A DNA stretch of 41,209 bases from a virus (lineage: Duplodnaviria; Caudoviricetes): IMG/VR virus record IMGVR_UViG_3300043447_000277, positions 1-41,209 of that record. One strand, given 5' to 3'. The notes below the pieces were generated by a model. That model was not told where the DNA came from. It saw nothing but the letters and a program-made list of their open reading frames with translations, and did no database searches. The position numbers and the translations under genes are program-made. This document shows positions 7,017-15,431 of this stretch, piece after piece (position 1 is the first letter of the stretch; each line of letters starts with the position of its first letter).

Positions 7017-8233
7017 TCGGCTCGTTCGACAAGCAGGGCCGGCTCGAACTCTCGGCCTCGCAGATCGGCACGTTCGAGGCGTGCTCGCGCAAGTGGGCGC
7101 TCTCGCGCGTTCTCGGGTCGAGGTCGAACGCGGCCGCGGCGAAGGGCTCGGCCGTGCATAGCGTGCTTGAGGCTTGGCTCGGCGAGGGCAAGGCGCCCGA
7201 CGCGGGGACCGAGATCGGGCGGATCGCCATGACGGGGATCGAGCACCTACCGCGCCCCGGCGCCGGGATTGTCGAGGATGCGTTCACGCTCGCGCGCGGG
7301 GGCTACGTGCTCCGCGGCCGGAAGGATCTCCGGGTGCCCGACCATCGGCGCCCCGCGGTGTACGACCACAAAACGACCTCGGGCCTACAGTGGGCGAAGT
7401 CGGCCGAGGATCTCGCGGTCGACGTGCAGGCGACGATCTACGCCGCGCACGAACTCGCCGAGTTCCCCGGCGCCGAGGCCGTCGATCTTCACTGGATCTA
7501 CTACACGACCCGCGCGCCGTTCCGGTCGCGCAAGGTCTCGCTCGCCGTGCTCCCCTCGCACGTCGCCGAGCGCATGGACGCGATCGACGCGACGGCCGAG
7601 CGGATCGCCGCCGTCGCGCACCTCGCGCCCGAGTTCCACCCGCCGACGCCTAGTGCGTGCGAGGCGTTCGGCGGGTGCCCGTATCGAGAAGAGTGCAACG
7701 TCACGCCAACTGAAAGGATGCAAGCGATCATGTCCCAAGCCACCCTCGCCGAGAAACTCCGCGCCAAGCTCGCCGCCAAGGCCGAGCCCGCGCCCCCTCC
7801 CGCCGCGCAGGCCCCCGCCCCGGCGCCCGTCGCCCCCGTGCAGGCCCCCGCGCCCGCCGGCGGCCTCGCCGCCAAGCTCGCCGCGGCGCGCGCCGCCAAG
7901 GCGCCCGAGGCCCCCGCCCCGGCGCCGACCGTGCCGCCCCCCGCCGAGCCCCCGCCGGCGGCGAGCGCGCCCGAGGCCGCCAAGCTCGCCGCCTTGCGCG
8001 CCGAACTCGACAAGGGGGAGGCGTCGCCCGTGGTCGAGCGGCGCGCCGTCTCGCCGCGCCTCCCCGTCGAGTCGATCAAGGATCGGCACCTGATCGGGGG
8101 CCTGCGCGATCAGATCGCGATCTCGGCCCTGAACGGCGCCGTCGCGCGCGGGTTCGAGGGACGCGACCGCGCCGACCTCGCACGGTGGGCCTACGCGGTC
8201 GCCGACGCGATGCTCGAAGCGCGCGAGGCGTGA
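7013..8233 (+). CDS. Cas4/RecB-like PD-(D/E)XK exonuclease with long Pro/Ala linker and extra C-terminal domain
   Basis: SASQI...C, GSAVH, E, GRKDL, DHKTT, Q..IYA, C-x5-CPY-x3-C (probable Fe-S ligands); GTG 7013 overlaps the upstream stop. Confidence 0.85.
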   Translation: MIGSFDKQGRLELSASQIGTFEACSRKWALSRVLGSRSNAAAAKGSAVHSVLEAWLGEGKAPDAGTEIGRIAMTGIEHLPRPGAGIVEDAFTLARGGYVLRGRKDLRVPDHRRPAVYDHKTTSGLQWAKSAEDLAVDVQATIYAAHELAEFPGAEAVDLHWIYYTTRAPFRSRKVSLAVLPSHVAERMDAIDATAERIAAVAHLAPEFHPPTPSACEAFGGCPYREECNVTPTERMQAIMSQATLAEKLRAKLAAKAEPAPPPAAQAPAPAPVAPVQAPAPAGGLAAKLAAARAAKAPEAPAPAPTVPPPAEPPPAASAPEAAKLAALRAELDKGEASPVVERRAVSPRLPVESIKDRHLIGGLRDQIAISALNGAVARGFEGRDRADLARWAYAVADAMLEAREA

Positions 8234-8238
8234 GCCTC

Positions 8239-8312
8239 TCGGGGGTCGTCTAACGGTAGGACGGCGGGCCTTGGACCCGCGTGTGTGGGTTCGATTCCTG
8301 CCCCCCGAACCA
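8239..8312 (+). tRNA. trnQ: tRNA-Gln(UUG) with encoded CCA and atypical C33
   Basis: Acceptor TCGGGGG/CCCCCGA (U1-A72), D arm GTCT-AACGGTA-GGAC, anticodon arm GCGGG-CCTTGGA-CCCGC, T arm GTGGG-TTCGATT-CCTGC, A73, CCA at 8310-8312. Confidence 0.9.
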
Positions 8313-8350
8313 AGTTCAAGATCAAGAAACCCGAACGAGAAGAGGATCCC

Positions 8351-8929
8351 ATGCTGAACGAAGAGATCGACGCCCTCGCCGATCGCGCCGAGGAACTCGC
8401 GCGCGACGCCCGACGCCTTGCGGCGAAGGAACCCGAACCCCTCGCCGAAGAACTCGCCGCCGTGACGGGGATCGACGATCCGCGGGAGGCCGTGAAGTTC
8501 GTTCGGAGCCTCTCGACCGCGATCCGGGAGATCCGCGACGCGCTCGATCTGCCCTCCGATACGCCGCCGGCGAGCGTCGCCGCGCGCGTCGAGGCCGTCG
8601 CGCGCACCCTGCGCGACGAGACGGGGGAGGATTCCCTCGACCCCTCGCGGATCCGCGCCGCCATCGGCGAGAAGGTCGAGCGCGCCGACGAACTCGAAAA
8701 GCGCCTCGGGGCCATCGCCGAGGCCCTCGGCGTCGAGGAAGGCGACGACTCCGCGGCCCTGCACGCGATCGAGCGCCTCGGCGACGTGCGCGACGAATCG
8801 CGCACCTTGATCGCGGCGTTGCGGCCGATCTTCGGGCACGGGTTGCTCGCCGACTCGGAACCCGAGTTCCTCGACGTGCGCGGCGCGATGCTCCATACCG
8901 ACAAGGCGATCGAGTCGTGCGGCGCGTGA
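8351..8929 (+). CDS. Hypothetical acidic helical protein (192 aa)
   Basis: GAGGATCCC-ATG RBS; loosely repeated 'AIxEALGx' helices. Confidence 0.75.
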   Translation: MLNEEIDALADRAEELARDARRLAAKEPEPLAEELAAVTGIDDPREAVKFVRSLSTAIREIRDALDLPSDTPPASVAARVEAVARTLRDETGEDSLDPSRIRAAIGEKVERADELEKRLGAIAEALGVEEGDDSAALHAIERLGDVRDESRTLIAALRPIFGHGLLADSEPEFLDVRGAMLHTDKAIESCGA

Positions 8930-9231
8930 TTCTCGAATCCCCCTACGCGGGCGACGTGGAGCGCAACGTGGCCTACGCCCGTCGCGCCCTGCGTGACTCG
9001 CTCGCCCGCGGCGAGGCGCCGATCGCGTCGCACTTGCTCTATCCGCAAGTGCTCGACGATGCGACCCCCGCCGAGCGCGAGCACGGGATCGCGGCCGGGC
9101 TCGCATGGGGCCACGGCGCCGAGGCCGTCGTGTTCTACGTCGACCTCGGATGGTCCCCCGGTATGACGCTCGCGCGCGGATTCTGGCACGGGCGCGGGAT
9201 CCCGATGGAAGAACGGAGGATCGGATCGTGA
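8917..9231 (+). CDS. Nucleoside 2-deoxyribosyltransferase-like / DUF4406-like Rossmannoid protein
   Basis: VILESPYAG..RN..YAR...GEAPIASHLLY...G.S.GM signature; start either 8917 or 8926. Confidence 0.7.
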   Translation: MRRVILESPYAGDVERNVAYARRALRDSLARGEAPIASHLLYPQVLDDATPAEREHGIAAGLAWGHGAEAVVFYVDLGWSPGMTLARGFWHGRGIPMEERRIGS

Positions 9232-11048
9232 CGCTCCCCGCCGGCCTCGCCGCCAAGCTCGCCGCGTTCGAGCCTTCGCCCCGCTCGAAGGTGGGGCGCA
9301 TGTTCCGATCGCAAGGCGTGCGTGAGTCGGCCGAGTTCCGGCGGATCGCGAACCTGCCCCGGCGCACGCTCGCGCCCGAGGCGCTCGACGCCCTCGCCGC
9401 CGAACTCGCGCCCCTCGTGACGCGGCCGGGCTCGGCGTGGACGTTGCGCCCCGTGCAGGCGTGGGCGCTCGACGAACTCGCACGCCGCGGCGGGTTGCTC
9501 GCCTCGATCTTGGTCGGCGGGGGAAAGACCTTGATCTCGGCCCTCGCGCCGCTCGCGCTCGACTCGCGCCGCGCCGTGCTTCTCGTGCCGGCGCGCCTGC
9601 GCGGAAAGACGCGCGCCGACTTCGAGGTGCTCGCGCGGGAGTTCGCGATCGAGGTGCTCCCCGAGATCGTGAGCTACGAAAGCCTCGGGCGCGTGAGCGG
9701 CGCCGACACCCTCGACGCCCTCGCGCCCGACCTCGTGATCGCCGACGAAGCGCACCGATTGAAGAACCGATCGGCGGCCTGCACGCGCCGAGTGGGGCGC
9801 TACCTCGAAGCGTCGCGCGCGCGGTTCGTCGCTATGTCGGGCACCCTCACCTCCCGCAAGCTCGAAGAGTTCGCGCACCTCTCGGCGTGGGCGCTCGGCG
9901 ACGCCTCGCCGCTCCCTCGCACGTACGCCGACTTGACGGAGTGGGGCCTCGCCGTGGACGAACAGATCGACCCCGGCGCGCAACGCCTCGACGCCGGCGC
10001 CCTGCGCGCGTTGTGGTCGCCGGCCGAGGTGCAGGTGTCGCGCGACGTGGACGAGATCGAGGCCTCGCGGCGGGCCGTGCGCCGGCGCATCGCCGAGACG
10101 CCGGGCGTAGTCACGACGGCCGACCGGCCCGTGGGCGCGAGCCTCTCGATCGCCCTCGTGCCAATGCTCGGCGCGGCCACCATGGACGCCGACTTCGCCA
10201 CCCTGCGCGGCGCGTGGGAGACCCCGGACGGGCACCCGCTCGCCGACGCCTCGGCCGTGTGGCGCCACGCCGGCGAACTCGCCGCGGGGTTCTTCTACGT
10301 GTGGGATCCGCGCCCGCCGCGCGAATGGCTCGACGCCCGCCGCGCGTGGTCGCAAGTGTGCCGGCACGTTCTCGCGACGAACCGATCCGAAATCGATTCG
10401 GAGTTGCAACTCGTGCAGGCGATCGACCGCGGCGACTACGCCGGGAAGCGCGCGCAGGCCGGCGGCCTCACGCTCGGCGTCGGCACGATCCCCGAGACGC
10501 TCGAAGCATGGCGCGCGATCCGCGAGACCTTCCGGCCGAACTCGACCCCCGTGTGGCGCTCCGACTTCCTCGCCGAGTTCGTCGGCGAGTGGTTCAAGGG
10601 CGGCCCGGGGATCGTATGGGTTCACCATGTAGCGGTCGGCGAGCGCCTCGCCGAGCGGCTCGGCGTGCCCTACTTCGGGCGTGGCGGGCTCGACCTTCGA
10701 ACGGGCAAGTCGATCGAGACCGCGAACGGCGCGGCGTGCATCGCCTCGATCGCGTCGTGCGGCGAAGGGCGCAACCTGCAAGCGTGGGCGCGCAACCTCG
10801 TGATCACGCCGCCGAAGTCGGGCGCGACGTGGGAACAGTTGATCGGCCGCACGCATCGCGCGGGCCAACGCGCCGACGAGGTGCAAGTCGAGATCGCGAT
10901 CGCGTGCCGCGAGCACGTCGAGGCGTTCGATCAGGCGCGCGCCGATGCCGCGTATATTCAATCGACCACGGGGCAGGATCAGAAGTTGATCTATGCCGAT
11001 TGTTTGGGCTATCCTTTTCCGACTATGAACGGCCCACGGTGGGCTTGA
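9228..11048 (+). CDS. SF2 (SNF2-like) DNA helicase
   Basis: LRPVQ Q-motif, GGGKT, IADEAH, MSGT, GEGRNLQ, EQLIGRTHRAGQ; GGAGG RBS. Confidence 0.9.
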   Translation: MTLPAGLAAKLAAFEPSPRSKVGRMFRSQGVRESAEFRRIANLPRRTLAPEALDALAAELAPLVTRPGSAWTLRPVQAWALDELARRGGLLASILVGGGKTLISALAPLALDSRRAVLLVPARLRGKTRADFEVLAREFAIEVLPEIVSYESLGRVSGADTLDALAPDLVIADEAHRLKNRSAACTRRVGRYLEASRARFVAMSGTLTSRKLEEFAHLSAWALGDASPLPRTYADLTEWGLAVDEQIDPGAQRLDAGALRALWSPAEVQVSRDVDEIEASRRAVRRRIAETPGVVTTADRPVGASLSIALVPMLGAATMDADFATLRGAWETPDGHPLADASAVWRHAGELAAGFFYVWDPRPPREWLDARRAWSQVCRHVLATNRSEIDSELQLVQAIDRGDYAGKRAQAGGLTLGVGTIPETLEAWRAIRETFRPNSTPVWRSDFLAEFVGEWFKGGPGIVWVHHVAVGERLAERLGVPYFGRGGLDLRTGKSIETANGAACIASIASCGEGRNLQAWARNLVITPPKSGATWEQLIGRTHRAGQRADEVQVEIAIACREHVEAFDQARADAAYIQSTTGQDQKLIYADCLGYPFPTMNGPRWA

Positions 11049-11086
11049 AATAGTGCGAGAAACACGAAAGAGAACGAGGTAAGAAA

Positions 11087-11566
11087 ATGGGAATCTTCGG
11101 AAGTGTGCAGGACGCGAGCGTCACGGGTGGCGGGGTCTACTTCCTCCCGGGCAAGTACAAGGTGACGATCACGGGCTGCAAGGTGCAGACGAGCAAGCGC
11201 AACGCGCACACCTACGCGATCGTCGAGTGCGAGATCGTCGAGTCGACGAACGCCGAGCGCCCCTCGGGCTCGCGCGCCTCGCAGGTGATCGACCTCGGGA
11301 ACGTCATGGGGCCTGTCAACGTCAAGGCGTTCGTGGCGGCCCTCTCGGGCATCGCCGACCCCGCGGCCGCCGACGTGAACGGGCAGATCGAGGCCGTGTG
11401 GTCGGAGGCCCTCGGCCGGCGCGTGAACGTCGAGGCCGTGTGCGAGGTCGTGTTCTCGGAGGGCGGCCCGGCCGAGGGTACGATCCTCGATCTCGAAGTC
11501 GCCGAGATCACGACGCGCGGAACCGGAAAACCTTTCAATAAGCATTTCTGGTCCCCCTTGACGTGA
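11087..11566 (+). CDS. Putative single-stranded DNA-binding protein (OB-fold-like)
   Basis: YFLPGKY.V.I, beta-rich; position between helicase and polymerase; strong GAGGT RBS. Function inferred. Confidence 0.55.
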   Translation: MGIFGSVQDASVTGGGVYFLPGKYKVTITGCKVQTSKRNAHTYAIVECEIVESTNAERPSGSRASQVIDLGNVMGPVNVKAFVAALSGIADPAAADVNGQIEAVWSEALGRRVNVEAVCEVVFSEGGPAEGTILDLEVAEITTRGTGKPFNKHFWSPLT

Positions 11567-11572
11567 GCCCCG

Positions 11573-11624
11573 AGGCCGGCGCGTCGGGCGCCTCGGTCGG
11601 GTTCGACTCCCGGCCGGCCTTCCG
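11573..11624 (+). ncRNA. tRNA-like minihelix (acceptor stem + T arm; no D or anticodon arm)
   Basis: 7-bp stem AGGCCGG (11573-11579) / CCGGCCT (11614-11620); T arm TCGGG-TTCGACT-CCCGG (11597-11613); only a 17-nt connector; ends T-CCG. Confidence 0.6.
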
Positions 11625-11654
11625 AGAACAATCCCGAGAACGAGAGGCCCCACA

Positions 11655-13631
11655 ATGATCGTTGCGTTCGACTGCGAAACCCACTTGATCGCGCCCGGCA
11701 AGCTCGCCCCGCCGTGCGTGTGCGTCACGATCGCGACCGACGCGGGAGACCTCGCGATCCTGCACGCGCGCGACCCCGAGACACCCTCGACGCTCGCCGC
11801 GATGTTCGAGGGCGCCGAGTGCATCGCCGGCGCGAACACGGCCTACGACGCCGCGGTCGTGTGCGCGGCGTGGCCCGAACTCGTGCCGGCCGTGTTCGGC
11901 GCGTACGCCGAGGGGCGCGTGCTCGACGTGCAGATCAATGAACAACTCGCCGACATAGCGCGCGGGCGCCTGTACGGATTCGCGAATCACGAGGGCAAGC
12001 AGATCAAGATCGGGTACTCCCTCGCCGATCTCGTGCGCCGCTACCTCGGCCGCGACCGCTCGGCCGAGAAGGACGATCCGAACGGGTGGCGCCTTCGGTA
12101 CGCCGAACTCGAACACGTCCCGCTCGCGGCGTGGCCCGTCGAGGCGACGCGCTACGCCCTCGACGATGCCGCCGACACGCTCGCCGTGCTCGAAGCGCAA
12201 GCGGCCGACGCGCGCGTGTGGGGCGCCGACGCCGAGGCGCAGGCGCGCGCGTCGTTCGCCCTGCACCTGCTTTCGGTGCATGGCGTACACACGCACGCCG
12301 CGGGGATCGAGGCGCTCGAACGCATGACGCGCGCGAACTACGAACGGGCGAGCGAGACCTTGCGCGCGGCGGGCGTGCTTCGCGCGAACGGCACGCGCGA
12401 CACGAAGGCGGCGAAGGCCCGCATGGTCGCGGCGTGCTCGGCGCGCGGCGTGCCCGTCCCGCTCACGGACAAGGGGCGAGAGACCGCGAAGGCGAACGGG
12501 GGCGTGACGCCCGGCGAGGCGCTCGCGTTCGCGTGCCTCGACGCCGAGGCGTGCGCGGCCTCGGGCGATCCCGTGCTCGAAGCGTACGGCGAGCGGGTGA
12601 CGCTCGCGGCCGTGGTCGAGACGCACCTCCCGAAGTTGGCGAAGGGGATCGAGCACCCGATTCAGGCGCGTTTCAACGTGCTTGTGGAGTCGGGCCGGAT
12701 CTCGTGCTCCGAAGGGCGCGGCGCGACGAACGGGTACCAGTTGACCAACGTTCGGCGCCTGCCCGGGATCCGCGAGTGCTTCAAGGCGCGGCCCGGGTTC
12801 GTGTTCATCGATGCCGACTTCGCGGGCCTCGAACTGCACACCGTCGCGCAGGCGTGCCTCGCGTTGGTCGGATGGTCGGACCTCGCCGCGGCCTTGAATG
12901 CGAAGATCGATCCACACCTCGCGCTCGGCGCCGAACTGATCGGCCTCACCTACCCCGAGGCCGTCGAGCGCAAGCACGAGAAGGCGATCAAGGAAGCGCG
13001 CCAGATCGCCAAGGTGGCGAACTTCGGATTCCCCGGCGGCCTCGGCGCGCGCGGGTTCGTCGAATACGCGACGGGCTACGGGCTCGCGATCACGGAGGAA
13101 CGCGCCGCCGAAGTGCGCCGGGCTTGGCTCACACGCTGGACCGAGTTCTCGGCCTACTTCGATCACGTTCGCCGGTTGTGCGAGCCGCTCGGCGTCGCCG
13201 AGGTCGTGCAACTCTACTCGGGGCGCGTGCGCGGGATGGTCCCCTACACGGCGGCGTGTAACACCTACTTCCAAGGCCTCGGCGCGGACGGCGCCAAGGC
13301 CGCATTGTGGGAGGTCACGCGCCGCGCGTACGCGGATCCCGCGTCGATCCTCTTCGGCGTGCGGCCGTGGAACTTCGTTCACGATCAGATCCTCGCCGAA
13401 GCACCGATCGAGACCGCACCGGAACAGGCGATCGAACTCGCGCGCGTCATGGTCGAGGCCTGCAATCGGTTCCTTCCCGACGTACCCGTACGGTGCGAGC
13501 CGTGCCTCTCGTTCGTGTGGTCGAAAGACGCCGAACCCGTCTATTCGGACGGGCGCCTCGTGCCGTGGGACGCCGCGCGCGATGCGCGGGCCGTGGTCTA
13601 CTACGCGGACGGGAAGCGGGTTCAGTGGTGA
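11655..13631 (+). CDS. Family A DNA polymerase with 3'-5' exonuclease
   Basis: ExoI DCET, ExoII N.AYD, ExoIII YALDDA; SGRIS, motif A DADFAGLE, motif B RQIAKVANFG, N..FQG, motif C VHDQ. Confidence 0.93.
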   Translation: MIVAFDCETHLIAPGKLAPPCVCVTIATDAGDLAILHARDPETPSTLAAMFEGAECIAGANTAYDAAVVCAAWPELVPAVFGAYAEGRVLDVQINEQLADIARGRLYGFANHEGKQIKIGYSLADLVRRYLGRDRSAEKDDPNGWRLRYAELEHVPLAAWPVEATRYALDDAADTLAVLEAQAADARVWGADAEAQARASFALHLLSVHGVHTHAAGIEALERMTRANYERASETLRAAGVLRANGTRDTKAAKARMVAACSARGVPVPLTDKGRETAKANGGVTPGEALAFACLDAEACAASGDPVLEAYGERVTLAAVVETHLPKLAKGIEHPIQARFNVLVESGRISCSEGRGATNGYQLTNVRRLPGIRECFKARPGFVFIDADFAGLELHTVAQACLALVGWSDLAAALNAKIDPHLALGAELIGLTYPEAVERKHEKAIKEARQIAKVANFGFPGGLGARGFVEYATGYGLAITEERAAEVRRAWLTRWTEFSAYFDHVRRLCEPLGVAEVVQLYSGRVRGMVPYTAACNTYFQGLGADGAKAALWEVTRRAYADPASILFGVRPWNFVHDQILAEAPIETAPEQAIELARVMVEACNRFLPDVPVRCEPCLSFVWSKDAEPVYSDGRLVPWDAARDARAVVYYADGKRVQW

Positions 13632-14104
13632 CGCGCGACAACGCGATCGCGATCGATCCGTCCGTGCGTTGCACGGGGCGCGCGCGGTTCCGTGGCGGGG
13701 CCTTGATCGAGGTGTCGATCCACCTTGCCCGGAATCTCCCCGAGGCCGTCGCGATCCCGGCCTTGCACGGGCCGGCCGTGAGTTCGTATCCCTACGTGAT
13801 CGAGTTCCCGCGCGCCTACTCGGCGACGCGCTCGAAGGCCGACCCGAACGACCTTCTCGCCGTCGCCGCCGTCGCCGGCGCGTGGGCCGCCCGAGGCGCG
13901 GCCGCCGGCCCCGTGCGGTTCGTCGCGCCGAGCGAATGGAAGGGGCAGACACCGAAGGCCGTATGCGCCGCGCGCGTGCGCGCCGCGCTCGAACCCGCCG
14001 AGCGCGCGACGCTCGACGCCGCCCTCGCGGAAATGACTACGCACCTGCACCACAACGCGCTCGACGCCGTAGGGATCGGGCTCTTTCACTTCGGGAGGAT
14101 GTAA
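13628..14104 (+). CDS. RuvC-like Holliday junction resolvase
   Basis: IAIDP, VIEFP, PSEWKG, N.LDAVGIG acidic motifs; GTGA overlap with the polymerase. Confidence 0.75.
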   Translation: MTRDNAIAIDPSVRCTGRARFRGGALIEVSIHLARNLPEAVAIPALHGPAVSSYPYVIEFPRAYSATRSKADPNDLLAVAAVAGAWAARGAAAGPVRFVAPSEWKGQTPKAVCAARVRAALEPAERATLDAALAEMTTHLHHNALDAVGIGLFHFGRM

Positions 14105-14400
14105 TGCCGTCGTTCAGTAGGAAACCGCCCGCGATCATCGTCGGCGCGAAACCGCGCCCGGACCTGATCCCCGCTCGATCGTTGCTCGCCGTGGGCGGGG
14201 TGCTCGCGTGGGCCGAGGGGTTCGGCAAGGGCGCGGAGCGTTGGCGCACGACCACGCCCGAGATCCAGATCGCGAGCGCCTACCGGCACTTGCTCGCGCG
14301 CATGGCGGGCGAGGTGTGCGATCCCGAGTCGGGCCTCCCGCACCTCGCGCACGTCGGCGCGCGCGTCCTGTACGCGCTCGCGTTGGAGATCGGCGCGTGA
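14104..14400 (+). CDS. dATP/dGTP diphosphohydrolase-like protein (DUF5664-type)
   Basis: K.R.DLIP, ASAYRHL, GE..DPESGLPHLAH signature. Confidence 0.8.
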   Translation: MPSFSRKPPAIIVGAKPRPDLIPARSLLAVGGVLAWAEGFGKGAERWRTTTPEIQIASAYRHLLARMAGEVCDPESGLPHLAHVGARVLYALALEIGA

Positions 14401-15431
14401 TCTGCATCGTACCCGAGTGCGAGCACGCCGCCGGCGAACCGGACAAGTTCTTCGGCGCGTGCGTCGAGCACTGGATCCGCACGCCCTACCGCGTGCGCGC
14501 GCCCGCATGGCACGAGGGCGACGCGGAAGAGACTCGCCGGCGAATCGTCGACTATTTCACGAAAGAAGAGGGATCCATGCAACTAGTTGAAGGAAAGAAG
14601 GCCGCGGGCGTATGCCTCGCGAAACAGTGTAAGAACCCCGCGGTTCGCCGCGTGAACGGCGCGCCGTGGGGCCGCGAGATCGCCGAGTTGTGCGATCGCT
14701 GCTACGGCCGCGCGATCGGCGTGTTCGGCGCCGAGCGGGTTGTGATCGTCGAGGATCGCGAGGCGTCGCACGATCCGCCGACGCCCGCCGAGGATCGAGA
14801 GTTCCGGGCGGCGTTGCGGGCTATCCCCTCGGAGGCCTCCCCCCCGGCGAACGCCGAGGCCGCGACCGCGACGGCCGAGGCCGCCGAGCTTCTCGTGCAG
14901 GTGCAGGGGTTCGAGATCGCGACGCGCGAGGATCTCGAACTCGCGGCCGAGGTGCTCGCCGAGGCGAAGGGCAAGGCGAAGGCGCTAGAGGCGCGGCTCG
15001 CCGAGATCACGCGCCCGTTGAACGCCGCGCTCGCGAGCGCGCGTGAACTCTTCCGGCCCGCCCTCACGCACTACGGCACGATCGAGCGTGACGTGAAGTC
15101 GCGGATCGCGGCGTTCCACGCCGCCGAGTCGAGCCGCAACGCCGCGGCCCTCGCGGCCGCGAGCGCGGCGCACGCCGCCGGCGACGGCGAAGGCGTCGGC
15201 GAGGCTCTCGCCAAGGTCGCGCACGTCGCGCACGTCGAGGGCGTGAGCGTGCGCTACTCGTGGGCGTTCGAGGTCGAGGATCTCGCGCAGGTGCCGCGCG
15301 AGTTCCTCGTGCTCGACGAGGCGAAGGTGAAGGCCTGGATCAAGTCGACGGCCGGGAAGGAATCGGCGCCGCACCCGATCGCCGGGATCCGCTTCGAGCG
15401 CAAGGCCTCGGTCGCGTCGAGGTCGGCATGA
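14397..15431 (+). CDS. Hypothetical protein: two Cys-rich modules, coiled coil and conserved-type phage C-terminal domain (probable internal start at 14577)
   Basis: C-x4-C...C-x2-H and C-x4-C...C-x2-C modules; C-terminal W.FEV.D...VPRE....DE...I.GI.F pattern; strong RBS before ATG 14577. Confidence 0.7.
   Translation: MICIVPECEHAAGEPDKFFGACVEHWIRTPYRVRAPAWHEGDAEETRRRIVDYFTKEEGSMQLVEGKKAAGVCLAKQCKNPAVRRVNGAPWGREIAELCDRCYGRAIGVFGAERVVIVEDREASHDPPTPAEDREFRAALRAIPSEASPPANAEAATATAEAAELLVQVQGFEIATREDLELAAEVLAEAKGKAKALEARLAEITRPLNAALASARELFRPALTHYGTIERDVKSRIAAFHAAESSRNAAALAAASAAHAAGDGEGVGEALAKVAHVAHVEGVSVRYSWAFEVEDLAQVPREFLVLDEAKVKAWIKSTAGKESAPHPIAGIRFERKASVASRSA

Noticed and set aside
7013-7730. 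Cas4-like gene as part of a CRISPR-Cas system
   Set aside because: No repeat-spacer array or other cas genes seen; solo Cas4-like nucleases are common in phage replication modules.
8239-8312. tRNA as an attP/integration site or stop-codon suppressor
   Set aside because: No integrase and no duplicated 3' end; the anticodon is TTG, and genes end normally in TGA, TAG or TAA with no sign of recoding.
7385-13952. Very long antisense or alternative-frame ORFs (e.g. 7385-9367, 9135-10961, 11535-13952; also 31436-33469, 26879-28615)
   Set aside because: Arg/Gly/Pro-rich shadow frames expected from high GC and strong codon bias; they overlap genes with clear motifs and lack RBS or domains.
8917-14400. 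2-aminoadenine (Z) or 7-deazaguanine genome
   Set aside because: No purZ, folE/queCDE or dpdA seen; the diphosphohydrolase-like gene alone is insufficient.
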